The position numbers and the translations under genes are program-made. Below are positions 1 through 11,527 of a stretch of DNA of 64,000 bases, piece after piece. Origin of the DNA: Alphaproteobacteria bacterium (GTDB taxonomy: Bacteria; Pseudomonadota; Alphaproteobacteria; RF32; CAG-239); assembly GCA_045644765.1 (NCBI GenBank), contig JAZRHM010000033.1, positions 4,790 to 68,789 of the forward strand, given 5' to 3'. The notes beneath the pieces were generated by a model. That model ran no database searches. It had not been told where the DNA came from and saw only the letters and a list, made by a program, of their open reading frames with translations. Numbering within the stretch: the first letter of the stretch is position 1; every line of letters starts with the position of its first letter.

Positions 1-1
1 T

Positions 2-982
2 GATGCAGCAAAATCTGATAAAGAAAAACTATTCTGCATTTATGTTGCTATAGGTCAAAAACGCTCAACAGTTGCTCAAGTTGTAAAAACATTAAAAGAT
101 CATGGAGCGTTAGATTATACCATTGTTGTGGCCGCTACAGCTTCTGAGGCTGCTCCTTTGCAATACATAGCCCCATATTCAGGTTGTGCTATGGGCGAAT
201 ATTTTAGAGATAATGGTATGCATGCAGTTATTTTTTATGATGACTTATCAAAACAAGCAACAGCATACAGACAAATGTCATTGTTGTTAAGACGTCCTCC
301 GGGGCGTGAAGCTTATCCGGGCGATGTGTTTTATTTGCACTCTCGTTTGCTGGAAAGAGCAGCAAAACTCAGTGAAAAGCATGGCTCAGGTTCTTTAACC
401 GCAATGCCTGTAATTGAAACTCAGGCAGGTGATGTGTCGGCATATATTCCTACCAACGTAATTTCTATTACCGACGGACAAATCTTCTTGGAAACAAATT
501 TGTTTTATCAAGGTGTAAGACCGGCAGTTAATGTGGGAATTTCGGTAAGCCGCGTAGGATCTGCTGCTCAGATTAAGGCAATGAAACAAGTTTCGGGAAG
601 TATGAAACTTGATTTGGCACAATATCGCGAAATGGCAGCATTTGCACAATTTGCTTCTGATTTGGATTCGGCTACAAAAAGTTTGTTGGAAAGAGGCGCA
701 AGATTGACAGAGCTGTTAAAGCAACCTGTTTATCATCCTTTATCGGTTGAAGAAGAAATTGTGTCAATTTTTGCCGGGGTTAATGGCTTTTTAGATAAAA
801 TTGCTCTTGATGATATTAAAGATTTTGAACAACAAAGTTTAGAAACCTTAAAAGTTCAACATCCTGAATATTTGAAAGAAATAAAAGATAAAAAAGTTAT
901 TTCTGATGAGCTAAAAGAAAATCTAAAGGCTTTTTTTGCAACATTCAGAGATGAATTTTTAAATAAACAAAAGGCAGCATAA
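2..982 (+). CDS. atpA: F1 ATP synthase subunit alpha (5' part outside window)
   Basis: Frame open from window start ([13 protein letters not shown]); motifs [32 protein letters not shown]. Confidence 0.98.
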   Translation, partial: DAAKSDKEKLFCIYVAIGQKRSTVAQVVKTLKDHGALDYTIVVAATASEAAPLQYIAPYSGCAMGEYFRDNGMHAVIFYDDLSKQATAYRQMSLLLRRPPGREAYPGDVFYLHSRLLERAAKLSEKHGSGSLTAMPVIETQAGDVSAYIPTNVISITDGQIFLETNLFYQGVRPAVNVGISVSRVGSAAQIKAMKQVSGSMKLDLAQYREMAAFAQFASDLDSATKSLLERGARLTELLKQPVYHPLSVEEEIVSIFAGVNGFLDKIALDDIKDFEQQSLETLKVQHPEYLKEIKDKKVISDELKENLKAFFATFRDEFLNKQKAA

Positions 983-983
983 T

Positions 984-3412
<2,429 letters not shown>

Positions 3413-3416
3413 TATC

Positions 3417-3764
3417 ATGACAATTTCACTCACTATTTGTCTGCCTGATAATGTGTACGTAACCGAACAAACCGATAAGGTTGTGTTACCGGTTGCAAAT
3501 GGTAATTTTACGGTTATTAAAGACAGAGCCCCTACAATCTTGCTTTTAAGTACAGGCTTAGTACAATGCCTTGATGAAAAAAACGAAATAGGGAAACAAT
3601 ATTTTGTTAATAATGCAACAGCTGATATAGCAGATGATAAGTGTATTGTTGCTGCTGAAAGATTGATAGATTTGCAAAAAGAAAATATAGAAACAATCAA
3701 AGAAAAAGCAGTTGATAATATGTTTTATCAAGCATTGGCAGAAAGATTAAAAGCGTTTAAATAA
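3417..3764 (+). CDS. atpC: F1 ATP synthase subunit epsilon (divergent)
   Basis: Follows atpD; 115 aa; VVLPxxxGNFTVIKDRAP resembles the epsilon GxFGVLxxHAP region. Confidence 0.85.
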   Translation: MTISLTICLPDNVYVTEQTDKVVLPVANGNFTVIKDRAPTILLLSTGLVQCLDEKNEIGKQYFVNNATADIADDKCIVAAERLIDLQKENIETIKEKAVDNMFYQALAERLKAFK

Positions 3765-3790
3765 AACAAAAATAAAAAAAACTTCCTTTC

Positions 3791-3940
3791 GATGATATGA
3801 TATATCACTTTTCATATTGAACTCCAATTAGGTTATTTTGCATCTTAGCAGACCGCAAAATTCTAATCTAATTGGAGCGCTTTGACAAATTCATCGCTAT
3901 AAGCTTCTCTGAACCACGCGTTAGACACGTGGTTTTCGGG
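3791..3940 (-). mobile_element. Probable IS200/IS605-family left-end remnant (subterminal hairpin, RBS-sequestering hairpin, first codons of a truncated tnpA)
   Basis: Minus strand: hairpin AACCACGTGT-CTA-ACGCGTGGTT (3912-3934), then AAGCTTATAGC, then stem CTCCAATTAG...CTAATTGGAG (3822-3877) whose 3' arm holds GGAG 6 nt before ATG AAA AGT GAT ATA (3815); no transposase follows. Confidence 0.5.
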
Positions 3941-3944
3941 ATAC

Positions 3945-3973
3945 AAAAAAAACTCCTCTTGTAAAAAGAGGAG
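3945..3973 (-). terminator. Intrinsic terminator of fadL
   Basis: CTCCTCTT-gtaaa-AAGAGGAG stem followed by T8 on minus strand. Confidence 0.75.
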
Positions 3974-3996
3974 CTAATGTTACTTTGGGATTAATA

Positions 3997-5229
3997 TTAA
4001 AATTTATATTGAGCTTGCAAACCGATTAAGTTTGAGTAACTCTTGAAGTGTGCTTTTACATCACCAACGTATTGTGAAGTTCCGTTTTTCATGAACAAGT
4101 GAGCGTAACCTGCATCAAATTGCCAATTTTCGGTTTTGTAACTTGCTCCAACAGAAACCCATGTGCGGTTGCTATCAGGAATTCTGATTGTGCGGTGATA
4201 TTTGTTACGAACAGGAGATTGGTCATATGCAACACCTGCACGCAATGTCCAGTTTTCGTTCAAGTAGTAGTCAGCACCGAAAGAAATTGTCCATGTTTCA
4301 CGCCATTTTTCATCGACGGTTTTTCCACCAAGGCTTGATTCTAAAGTAAATTCTTGGAAACTGTCTTTCCAGTCTGTATAGCGAACAGAAGCAGATAATC
4401 CCCAACTATCATTTAATTTATGGTAACCTGAAACTAACAAACTTGCCGGCAAATCAGGAGACGCTTCGCCATTTGAAACTTTGCCATTTGCATTAGGATA
4501 TGGAGAAGGTAATACATTAAAACCACTAAGTTCATGGTCACCTTTCACAGTTTGCATACTTTTACCCTTAAAGCTTACACCGATTCTGGTATCAGGTGTA
4601 AATTCATACATAGCCCCAATGCTCCAAGCAGCTGTCCAACCATCAAGGTCAAAATCGCTATACCCTGTACCATAAGCCGCAGCCGGTGCTTTCTGATTAT
4701 TTGACATTCTGCCATGGATGTAACGAGCAATTACAGATGCCCCTAATGAAAGTTTGTCGGTCACTCTGTATGCAACAGCAGGTGCTAAATCAATTACTTC
4801 CAATTCTGAACGAACGCCGGCTTCAGCAACAAAACTTTGTTTGCTGTAACGAGTTCTTAAACCAAAAGGTGCATAAATACCAAAACCGGCAGTTAAGCGG
4901 TCATTTACTCTATATTGGGCAAATGCGTGAGGAAGTGTAACACCAATGTTCATTTTGGTTTTTGCATATTCGCCGTTTTCTTCGCCTCTTACTTTGGCGT
5001 TAAGATGCGCAACAGTTAAACCACCTTGAACACCTGATGTTTGGTTTAATACCATACCGGCAGGATTATATGCCAAAGCTGAAAAATCATCACCTACAAC
5101 ACCGGCACCGGCAAAAGCACGACCAAGTCCTGTTGCTGAATATTCATTAAGTTGATATCCGGCAGCAAAACTTTCAGTTGATGCTAAACATAAAGCAGAC
5201 ACTGCTGCTAACATATAAAGTTTTTTCAT
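3997..5229 (-). CDS. fadL: Outer membrane long-chain fatty acid transporter, FadL/OmpP1 family
   Basis: Signal peptide, AGYQLNEYSATGLGRAFAG, YNPAG motif, RTIRIPDSNRTW, C-terminal YKF. Confidence 0.9.
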   Translation of the reverse strand: MKKLYMLAAVSALCLASTESFAAGYQLNEYSATGLGRAFAGAGVVGDDFSALAYNPAGMVLNQTSGVQGGLTVAHLNAKVRGEENGEYAKTKMNIGVTLPHAFAQYRVNDRLTAGFGIYAPFGLRTRYSKQSFVAEAGVRSELEVIDLAPAVAYRVTDKLSLGASVIARYIHGRMSNNQKAPAAAYGTGYSDFDLDGWTAAWSIGAMYEFTPDTRIGVSFKGKSMQTVKGDHELSGFNVLPSPYPNANGKVSNGEASPDLPASLLVSGYHKLNDSWGLSASVRYTDWKDSFQEFTLESSLGGKTVDEKWRETWTISFGADYYLNENWTLRAGVAYDQSPVRNKYHRTIRIPDSNRTWVSVGASYKTENWQFDAGYAHLFMKNGTSQYVGDVKAHFKSYSNLIGLQAQYKF

Positions 5230-5284
5230 ATAAAAAGTTCCTATACAAAAGTTAGTTGTTAAAAGTTAAAAATTTTCTTGCTAA

Positions 5285-5354
5285 AGTTTATAAAAATGAT
5301 ATAAGAAAGTAAAGTAAGCACTTATAAGTGCGATAGTTCCTATTTGGAAACTAT
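5285..5354 (-). promoter_or_regulatory. fadL promoter and probable HxlR-family operators in the divergent fadL/hxlR spacer
   Basis: Minus strand AAGTGCTTAC-TTTACT-N17-TAAACT; perfect palindrome GCACTTATAAGTGC (5318-5331); imperfect inverted repeat ATAGTTCC-tattt-GGAAACTAT (5333-5354). Confidence 0.6.
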
Positions 5355-5385
5355 TACAGCATTGTAAAGCTTTGGGAGAAAAACT

Positions 5386-5736
5386 ATGTCTGAATATATG
5401 CCTGAAAAGTTGGCCGAAATGACATTAAAAATGATTGGAGATCGTTGGAAGGTTCTAATTATTCAAAATTTAATGGAAGGAACTAAACGATTCGGCGAAC
5501 TCAAGAGAGAGCTTGGCGACATCACACAAAAGGTCCTTACTTCTAACTTACGTCTTTTGGAAGAAAAAGGAATCTTAATCAGAAAAGTATATGCCCAAAT
5601 TCCACCACGCGTTGATTATACATTAACACAACTTGGCTATGAACTTAAACCGGTGATTGATTCTATGATAGAATGGGCTGAAGAATATCGCAAAACCATG
5701 GCTCAAATGCTTAATATTGAATTGATTGAAGAATAA
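5386..5736 (+). CDS. HxlR/DUF24-family winged-helix transcriptional regulator
   Basis: IGDRWKVLII, KRFGELKR, ITQKVLTSNLRLLE, VYAQIPPRVDYTLT. Confidence 0.93.
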   Translation: MSEYMPEKLAEMTLKMIGDRWKVLIIQNLMEGTKRFGELKRELGDITQKVLTSNLRLLEEKGILIRKVYAQIPPRVDYTLTQLGYELKPVIDSMIEWAEEYRKTMAQMLNIELIEE

Positions 5737-5750
5737 TAGTTGTACAAATA

Positions 5751-5790
5751 AAAAAACAACCTCTTTTGTTTGAAAGAGGTTGTTTTTTTT
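5751..5790. terminator. Bidirectional terminator between hxlR and carD
   Basis: AAAAAACAACCTCTTT / AAAGAGGTTGTTTTTT inverted repeat between convergent genes. Confidence 0.85.
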
Positions 5791-5799
5791 ATTTAGTTC

Positions 5800-6306
5800 T
5801 TATTTTGCTAAAATATCCAATAACTTTTTATTAGCATCCTCAACTGAAGTGTTGTCAAAAACTGCCACTTCACTTGCTAATCTATCAAAAGCTTGCTCAT
5901 AAATTTGGCGCTCGCTATAAGACTGTTCTGCAATATTTTCATTACGATACAAATCGCGAACAACTTCTGCGATAGCAACCGGATTTCCGGAATTTATTTT
6001 ATTTTCATATTCTTGTGCTCTGCGTGACCACATAACTTTTTTAATTTTGGCCTTACCCTTTAACGTCGACAAAGCATCATTTATTGTTGATTCTTCAGAA
6101 ATTTTTCTAAGACCGACATGCTCTACCTTAGCCATAGGTATACGTAATGTCATTTTGTCTTTATCAAAATTAACAACCAATAATTCAAGCTCGGTTCCGG
6201 CAATATTTTGTTTAGATATATCAGAAACTTTACCTACACCATGAGTGGGGTATACAACATAATCTCCGGAACAAAATACCGGAGAAGGAGTTTTTTTAAT
6301 ACTCAT
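5800..6306 (-). CDS. carD: CarD/CdnL-family transcription factor
   Basis: GDYVVYPTHGVG, WSRRAQEYENKINSG, QSYSERQIYE. Confidence 0.93.
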   Translation of the reverse strand: MSIKKTPSPVFCSGDYVVYPTHGVGKVSDISKQNIAGTELELLVVNFDKDKMTLRIPMAKVEHVGLRKISEESTINDALSTLKGKAKIKKVMWSRRAQEYENKINSGNPVAIAEVVRDLYRNENIAEQSYSERQIYEQAFDRLASEVAVFDNTSVEDANKKLLDILAK

Positions 6307-6401
6307 ACTATCTCCTTAAAAGCAATTTTCATTTCAAGACAAAACGTAATATATCACATTTTTAAGCCTAAATCTAGAGTAAAAATGAAAAAAATTTTTT
6401 T

Positions 6402-6872
6402 TTATTTTTTAGGAAATAAATTTGTTTGTCTTAAAGCTTCGCCCACAACCATTACTGCTGAAACAGCAACATTAATTGAGCGAGCATTTTCATTCATCGG
6501 GATAATGAGACGAGCATCGGCTTTTTGATGTACCTCTAGAGGAGCTCCTGCACTTTCTCGTCCCATTAATATTATATCATTTTCCTTAAACTCAAAATCA
6601 GTATACGGCATATCTGCTTTTGTAGTAAGCAATACAATCCTGCCATACTCTTTCGAATTTTGAGCTCTATAATTTAGAAAATCTTCCCAAGAATTGTGTC
6701 TTACATATTTAGCCATTTCAACATAATCCATACCGGCTCTTCGCATAGATTTTTCATTAAAAATAAAACCGCATGGTTCTATAATATCCAAAGGCACATC
6801 CAAACATGCCCCCAAACGCAAAAGCGTTCCGGTATTTTGCGGAATATCAGGTTGGAAAAGAGCTATTCTCAT
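6402..6872 (-). CDS. trmL: tRNA (cytidine(34)-2'-O)-methyltransferase
   Basis: MRIALFQPDIPQNTG, RRAGMDY, GRESAG, RSINVA (SPOUT); start reassigned to ATG 6872. Confidence 0.92.
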   Translation of the reverse strand: MRIALFQPDIPQNTGTLLRLGACLDVPLDIIEPCGFIFNEKSMRRAGMDYVEMAKYVRHNSWEDFLNYRAQNSKEYGRIVLLTTKADMPYTDFEFKENDIILMGRESAGAPLEVHQKADARLIIPMNENARSINVAVSAVMVVGEALRQTNLFPKK

Positions 6873-6873
6873 T

Positions 6874-7314
6874 TTAGTTTCCGGTTTTACGAGCCATATA
6901 TAAAGCAGCAAAATCTATCGGACTAAGCATAATCGGAGGTAAACCGCCTTCGACCAGGCATTGAGTAATAATATTACGAGCAAACGGGAATAAAAGTCTC
7001 GGAATTTCAACTGCAATTACAGGTTCTATATGTTCTTCCGGCACATTTAACGTTACAAGAGCTGCGTAAGAAAGTTCAAGAACAAACAATTTTTTATCTT
7101 CTACATCACCATTTAAATTAATTTTAAGCGATACGTTATAGCTATCCTCTATTTTTTTTGATTCAACGCTAACATCAACTTTTAATGCCGGTTGTGAAGC
7201 GACTTGTTTGAAAATTTCCGGCGCATACGGAATTTCGAGTGATAAATCTTTAATATATTGGTTATGTATTGCTATAGGTGATACTTTAACATTTTCTTGT
7301 TTTTTATCCGTCAT
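6874..7314 (-). CDS. secB: Protein-export chaperone SecB
   Basis: QYIKDLSLEIP, PRLLFPFARNII, GGLPPIMLSPIDFAALY. Confidence 0.95.
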   Translation of the reverse strand: MTDKKQENVKVSPIAIHNQYIKDLSLEIPYAPEIFKQVASQPALKVDVSVESKKIEDSYNVSLKINLNGDVEDKKLFVLELSYAALVTLNVPEEHIEPVIAVEIPRLLFPFARNIITQCLVEGGLPPIMLSPIDFAALYMARKTGN

Positions 7315-7452
7315 ATTTTTTCTTTCATAAATAAGTTAGATCATTTTTGATATACTCATACAATAAATATTCCTATTCGTCAAACATTATAGTTGATAAT
7401 ATCACAAAATGCGTTATATTGTATTTGTTTTATACAAATGCAAGAGGAACAA

Positions 7453-8103
7453 ATGTCGCAATATATAGATATAATTTTTCTACTTTTAGTAGTGGGTGTT
7501 GTTTTTTACAGACTGTATTCTGCTCTCGGAACAGAGCCGGAAAAAGAAAGAAAAATTGTTTTAATTTCAAAAGATGATTTGAAAAAAGCAAATTTAAATT
7601 TGCCGAAGGAAATTACAGAACAACTAAATCTTATGGCAAAAATGGCGGAAGAAGAAGATAGTGAAGTTTGTAAAACTTTGCGTCAAATACCTAACTTCAA
7701 TCGTAACGAATTTTGCACAAAAGCTGCAAAAGTGTTTGAAATGGTGCTTAACGCCTTTGCTTGTCAAGATGAGAAAACATTAAAAATGCTAACTGAAAAA
7801 AAACTGTTTGCCAAGTTTAAAAAAATTATAGATAGTCGCAAAGAAGAAGGAATTTGTGCAGAAACTGATTTGATAAAAATAGAAGATATCACAATAGAAA
7901 ATGCTAATATAAAAAATGACGGATTGGTAAGCATTGTTGTTAAATTTGTCAGCGAACAAATTAATCTATTGAAAAATGCTGCCGGCGAAATTATTGAAGG
8001 TGATGAAAATTTTGTGCAAAAAATTACGGATATTTGGACTTTTGAAAAAAATATAAACTCACCATCTAAAACCTGGCTTTTAGTATCTACAAAGAAAAAA
8101 TAA
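7453..8103 (+). CDS. Tim44/TimA-family membrane adaptor protein
   Basis: N-terminal TM then RLYSALG; VKFVSEQI, TDIWTFEK, WLLVST; conserved secB-Tim44-mltA-smr synteny; SD GAGG before ATG 7453. Confidence 0.88.
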   Translation: MSQYIDIIFLLLVVGVVFYRLYSALGTEPEKERKIVLISKDDLKKANLNLPKEITEQLNLMAKMAEEEDSEVCKTLRQIPNFNRNEFCTKAAKVFEMVLNAFACQDEKTLKMLTEKKLFAKFKKIIDSRKEEGICAETDLIKIEDITIENANIKNDGLVSIVVKFVSEQINLLKNAAGEIIEGDENFVQKITDIWTFEKNINSPSKTWLLVSTKKK

Positions 8104-9255
8104 ATGAGAAGAATCGGACTTTTAATAATTGTCTTTTTATTAATATCTTGCGTATCAAAACATACGCCGGATATTCCCACGCTTGATGACAATAGCAATA
8201 TTTTTTTACAAAAAGCTGATTTTTCAGATTTAAAAAATTTTTTAAATGATAACCTTGATGAGGCTGTTGTAGCTTTTGATCGCACTTGTAAAGCCATAAA
8301 AGAAAATCCGCAAATCTTATTAAGAGCAAAAATAAATATAAATCCGCAACAATATATTGATATCTGTGAAAAATTTGAGGATAAAAATATATCTTCTTCT
8401 TTTGCTATGAGAAATTTTTTAATTACAAATTTTGAACCATATCTTGTCAAAGCCGGAAATAATCAAGTTGGGAAATTTACTTCTTACTATGAAGCAGAGC
8501 TTAAAGCATCAAGAACAAAGCACGATGAATATATTTATCCTATTTATAACCGACCGAATGATTTAATTGAAATTAATTTAGCGGATTTTGATAAATCTTT
8601 ACCAAATCGCAGATTGTTAGGACGAATTGAAGGATCAAAACTTATACCTTATCATACCAGAGCCGAAATCGAACAAAAAATCATTGATGCACCTGTTATT
8701 TTGTGGGGAAATGATGCTGTCGATATATATTTAATGCAAATCCAAGGATCTGCTATAGCCTTACTTGATGATGGTTCAAATGTTCGTATCAAATACGCCG
8801 ATAATAACGGACATAATTTTGTTGGAATCGGTAGCATTTTGCTCAAAAAAGGTCTACTGAAACCGGGACAAGCTTCAATGGATAAAATTAGAGACTGGTT
8901 AAAGGAAAATCCTCAAATTGCTAAAGTAAACATGGCTGAAAACCCTCGTTATATTTTTCATGCAATTTCTGATGCCGAAGGTCCTATCGGTGCATTAGGT
9001 GTTCCTTTAGTTGCGGGAAGAAGTTTGGCTGTTGATGACACAAACATCCCCTTGGGAGCCTTACTTTGGCTTGAAACAACCGGCCCAAATAAAGAAAAGA
9101 TTGAAAAGCTTGTAATAGCTCAAGATATTGGTGGTGCTATCAAAGGTATCGTAAGAGGTGATTATTTTTGGGGCCATGGAGAACAAGCTTTATTATCCGC
9201 CGGAAAAATGAATTCTACCGGACAATACTATATTTTACTCCCTAAAGCCGATTAA
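8104..9255 (+). CDS. mltA: Membrane-bound lytic murein transglycosylase A
   Basis: Lipobox LISC, FTSYYE, QIQGS, AQDIGGAIKG, RGDYFWGHG. Confidence 0.93.
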   Translation: MRRIGLLIIVFLLISCVSKHTPDIPTLDDNSNIFLQKADFSDLKNFLNDNLDEAVVAFDRTCKAIKENPQILLRAKININPQQYIDICEKFEDKNISSSFAMRNFLITNFEPYLVKAGNNQVGKFTSYYEAELKASRTKHDEYIYPIYNRPNDLIEINLADFDKSLPNRRLLGRIEGSKLIPYHTRAEIEQKIIDAPVILWGNDAVDIYLMQIQGSAIALLDDGSNVRIKYADNNGHNFVGIGSILLKKGLLKPGQASMDKIRDWLKENPQIAKVNMAENPRYIFHAISDAEGPIGALGVPLVAGRSLAVDDTNIPLGALLWLETTGPNKEKIEKLVIAQDIGGAIKGIVRGDYFWGHGEQALLSAGKMNSTGQYYILLPKAD

Positions 9256-9263
9256 GGTTACAA

Positions 9264-9782
9264 ATGTCCGATAGCGAAGATGAAAAATTTTGGCATGAAG
9301 CGGTTAAAGATGTTAAAAAAACATCTCAACAAAATGTATTACATATTTCCCAAACAAAGAAGACTATAAAAATACGAAAAACACAAACTGTACCTTTAAC
9401 AATTTATAAACACGATTTAAAACTCGGCACAAGCTCTGATATTGATTATCAAACGATGCGCAAATTTAAACGCGAAGAGTTTGGAGTTGATGGCACCTTA
9501 GACTTACATGGTTATACCGAAGATAAAGCTTACACTGCTGTCTATAATTTTATTACATCTTCTTATTTAGCTAAAAAAAGGTGCATCTTAATAATCACCG
9601 GCAAGGGCTTACCTCATCCGGATGAAGATGTTTTTGCTCCAAAGGGTGTGCTAAAAGATAAAGTTCCTCAATGGTTACAAACAGATGATCTAAAACAGCT
9701 TATTTTATCTTACATTCACCCGTCCGCAAAGTTAGGCGGAAGCGGCGCCTTATATATATTATTACGCCGCAAACGCACCTGA
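9264..9782 (+). CDS. Smr/MutS-domain protein
   Basis: LDLHG, IITGKG, GGSGALYILLR. Confidence 0.92.
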   Translation: MSDSEDEKFWHEAVKDVKKTSQQNVLHISQTKKTIKIRKTQTVPLTIYKHDLKLGTSSDIDYQTMRKFKREEFGVDGTLDLHGYTEDKAYTAVYNFITSSYLAKKRCILIITGKGLPHPDEDVFAPKGVLKDKVPQWLQTDDLKQLILSYIHPSAKLGGSGALYILLRRKRT

Positions 9783-9783
9783 T

Positions 9784-10545
9784 TTATACTTTATATGGTA
9801 TTTTTGAATAAATAAAATTACTTATACAATTTGGCAACATAGCACCAAACCAAGCACCAAAACGCATAGGCCATGGGAAAGCTATCAAACCGACATTTTT
9901 TTCTATACGTTTAGCAATAATATCAGCTGCTTTATCTGCTTCCATAAAAAACGGCATAGGACAAGTGTTTTTATCCGTAATGCGAGAACGAACAAATCCG
10001 GGACAAATAACATTTAATTGTATATTTTCTTTTGCTAAGCGCAACCTTAATGCTTCACCATAAGCTTTAACACAAGCTTTACTTGCACTATATGAAGGGC
10101 AACCTGCCAAACCATGATATCCTGCTATAGAAGCAGTTATTGCTACAATTCTCGGTTCCGAATCGTCTTCTTTTTTATACATTTCAATAGTAGGAGTGAG
10201 TGTGTTAAGAACACCAAAAATATTGATATTAAACGTATTGTAAACATTTTCCGGAGTTTCTTCACCGGTAGATACTCCTGCATTGGCAAAAACCAAATGT
10301 AATCTGGCTTTTTTATTGCAACTTTCAATCCAAGACGCAACCTTATCTTTATCTGTAACATCTAAAATTTCGGAATAAACCGTTGCTCCTTGCTCTTGGC
10401 ATTTTTTTACAGTGTTTTCCAAACGTTCTTGGTTTCTGCCACATAAAAACAATGTTACATCTTTTTGTTTGGCATAATGTAAAGCCAGCGCCTCTCCTAT
10501 ACCGGAAGAAGCACCTGTAATTAAAATATTTTTGATGGTATTCAT
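9784..10545 (-). CDS. SDR family oxidoreductase
   Basis: ITGASSGIG, ANAG, YSASK catalytic motif. Confidence 0.92.
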   Translation of the reverse strand: MNTIKNILITGASSGIGEALALHYAKQKDVTLFLCGRNQERLENTVKKCQEQGATVYSEILDVTDKDKVASWIESCNKKARLHLVFANAGVSTGEETPENVYNTFNINIFGVLNTLTPTIEMYKKEDDSEPRIVAITASIAGYHGLAGCPSYSASKACVKAYGEALRLRLAKENIQLNVICPGFVRSRITDKNTCPMPFFMEADKAADIIAKRIEKNVGLIAFPWPMRFGAWFGAMLPNCISNFIYSKIPYKV

Positions 10546-10618
10546 AATTTTTTCCTAGTAAAATTTTAACAGATTTGTTTTACTATATATCATATTTTTT
10601 TAAATGAGGAGAAATATT

Positions 10619-11521
10619 TTGCAACTATCCAGTATGACAGGTTTTGCCCGCTGTAATAAAACTTTTGTTTATGAAAACAAAAAATATTCATGGGCATGGG
10701 AAGTAAAAAGTGTAAACGCCAAAGGTCAAGATATCAAACTTAGAATACCTCTTTGGCTTGAAGATATAAACGAAAACATAAAATCGGTGTTTTCCGAAAC
10801 ATTTTCCAGAGGTACTTTTAACATATGTCTGGACATCGAGCTTGAAAACGATAATCCTGATGTAGAAATTAATACAAAATTGCTATCTGTTTTAACTGAA
10901 AAATTAAAGCAAATTTACCTATCCGATACTGATTTATTTGCAAAACCATCACCGGCTGAATTGTTAAAAGTTAGCGGAGTGGTTAAAGTTGTTGATAACA
11001 CTCCGGATGAACAAGAGTTAAACTTGCTTAAAAAAGAACTTCTATATTCTTTGCAAGAAGCTGCTGTTTTGTTAAAGCAAGATCGTTTGAAAGAAGGGCA
11101 AAAAATTGCAGCCGCCTTAAAAAACATACTAAATAACATCAAAGATATTGTAGAAAAAACAGAAAAAATCACACTTGAGACGCCTCAAAAAATAAAAGAA
11201 AAAGTATACACTCAAGTTGAAAATTTATTATCTGACACTACTATTGCGCCAGAAAGACTTGAACAAGAAATTGTACTTTTGGTTATGAAAGCCGATGTCA
11301 AAGAAGAAATTGATCGTTTAAAAGCCCATATTAAAACAGCTTTTGAACTATTAGAAAGTGATCTTCCAGTTGGCAGAAGGCTTGATTTTTTATGTCAGGA
11401 GCTTAATCGTGAAGCGAACACTTTATGTTCAAAATCATGCGATATTGAACAAACAAAATATGGCATGGAGTTAAAAGCCCTTATTGAGCAATTTAGAGAA
11501 CAAACACAAAATATGGAGTAA
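10619..11521 (+). CDS. YicC/YloC-family endoribonuclease
   Basis: SMTGFAR, EVKSVN, EEIDRL, GRRLDFLCQELNREANT; TTG start after SD GAGGAG; upstream of gmk. Confidence 0.92.
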   Translation: MQLSSMTGFARCNKTFVYENKKYSWAWEVKSVNAKGQDIKLRIPLWLEDINENIKSVFSETFSRGTFNICLDIELENDNPDVEINTKLLSVLTEKLKQIYLSDTDLFAKPSPAELLKVSGVVKVVDNTPDEQELNLLKKELLYSLQEAAVLLKQDRLKEGQKIAAALKNILNNIKDIVEKTEKITLETPQKIKEKVYTQVENLLSDTTIAPERLEQEIVLLVMKADVKEEIDRLKAHIKTAFELLESDLPVGRRLDFLCQELNREANTLCSKSCDIEQTKYGMELKALIEQFREQTQNME

Positions 11522-11527
11522 TATATT

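Noticed and set aside
3781-3940. 6S RNA, tracrRNA or CRISPR repeat
   Set aside because: No single long rod with a central bubble, no repeat-spacer array and no cas genes; the layout fits an IS200-like end better.
7764-8450. Long antisense ORFs (e.g. 7764-8450, 28282-28749, 22268-22696, 59482-59907)
   Set aside because: They are shadows of well-supported genes on the opposite strand with no recognisable motifs.
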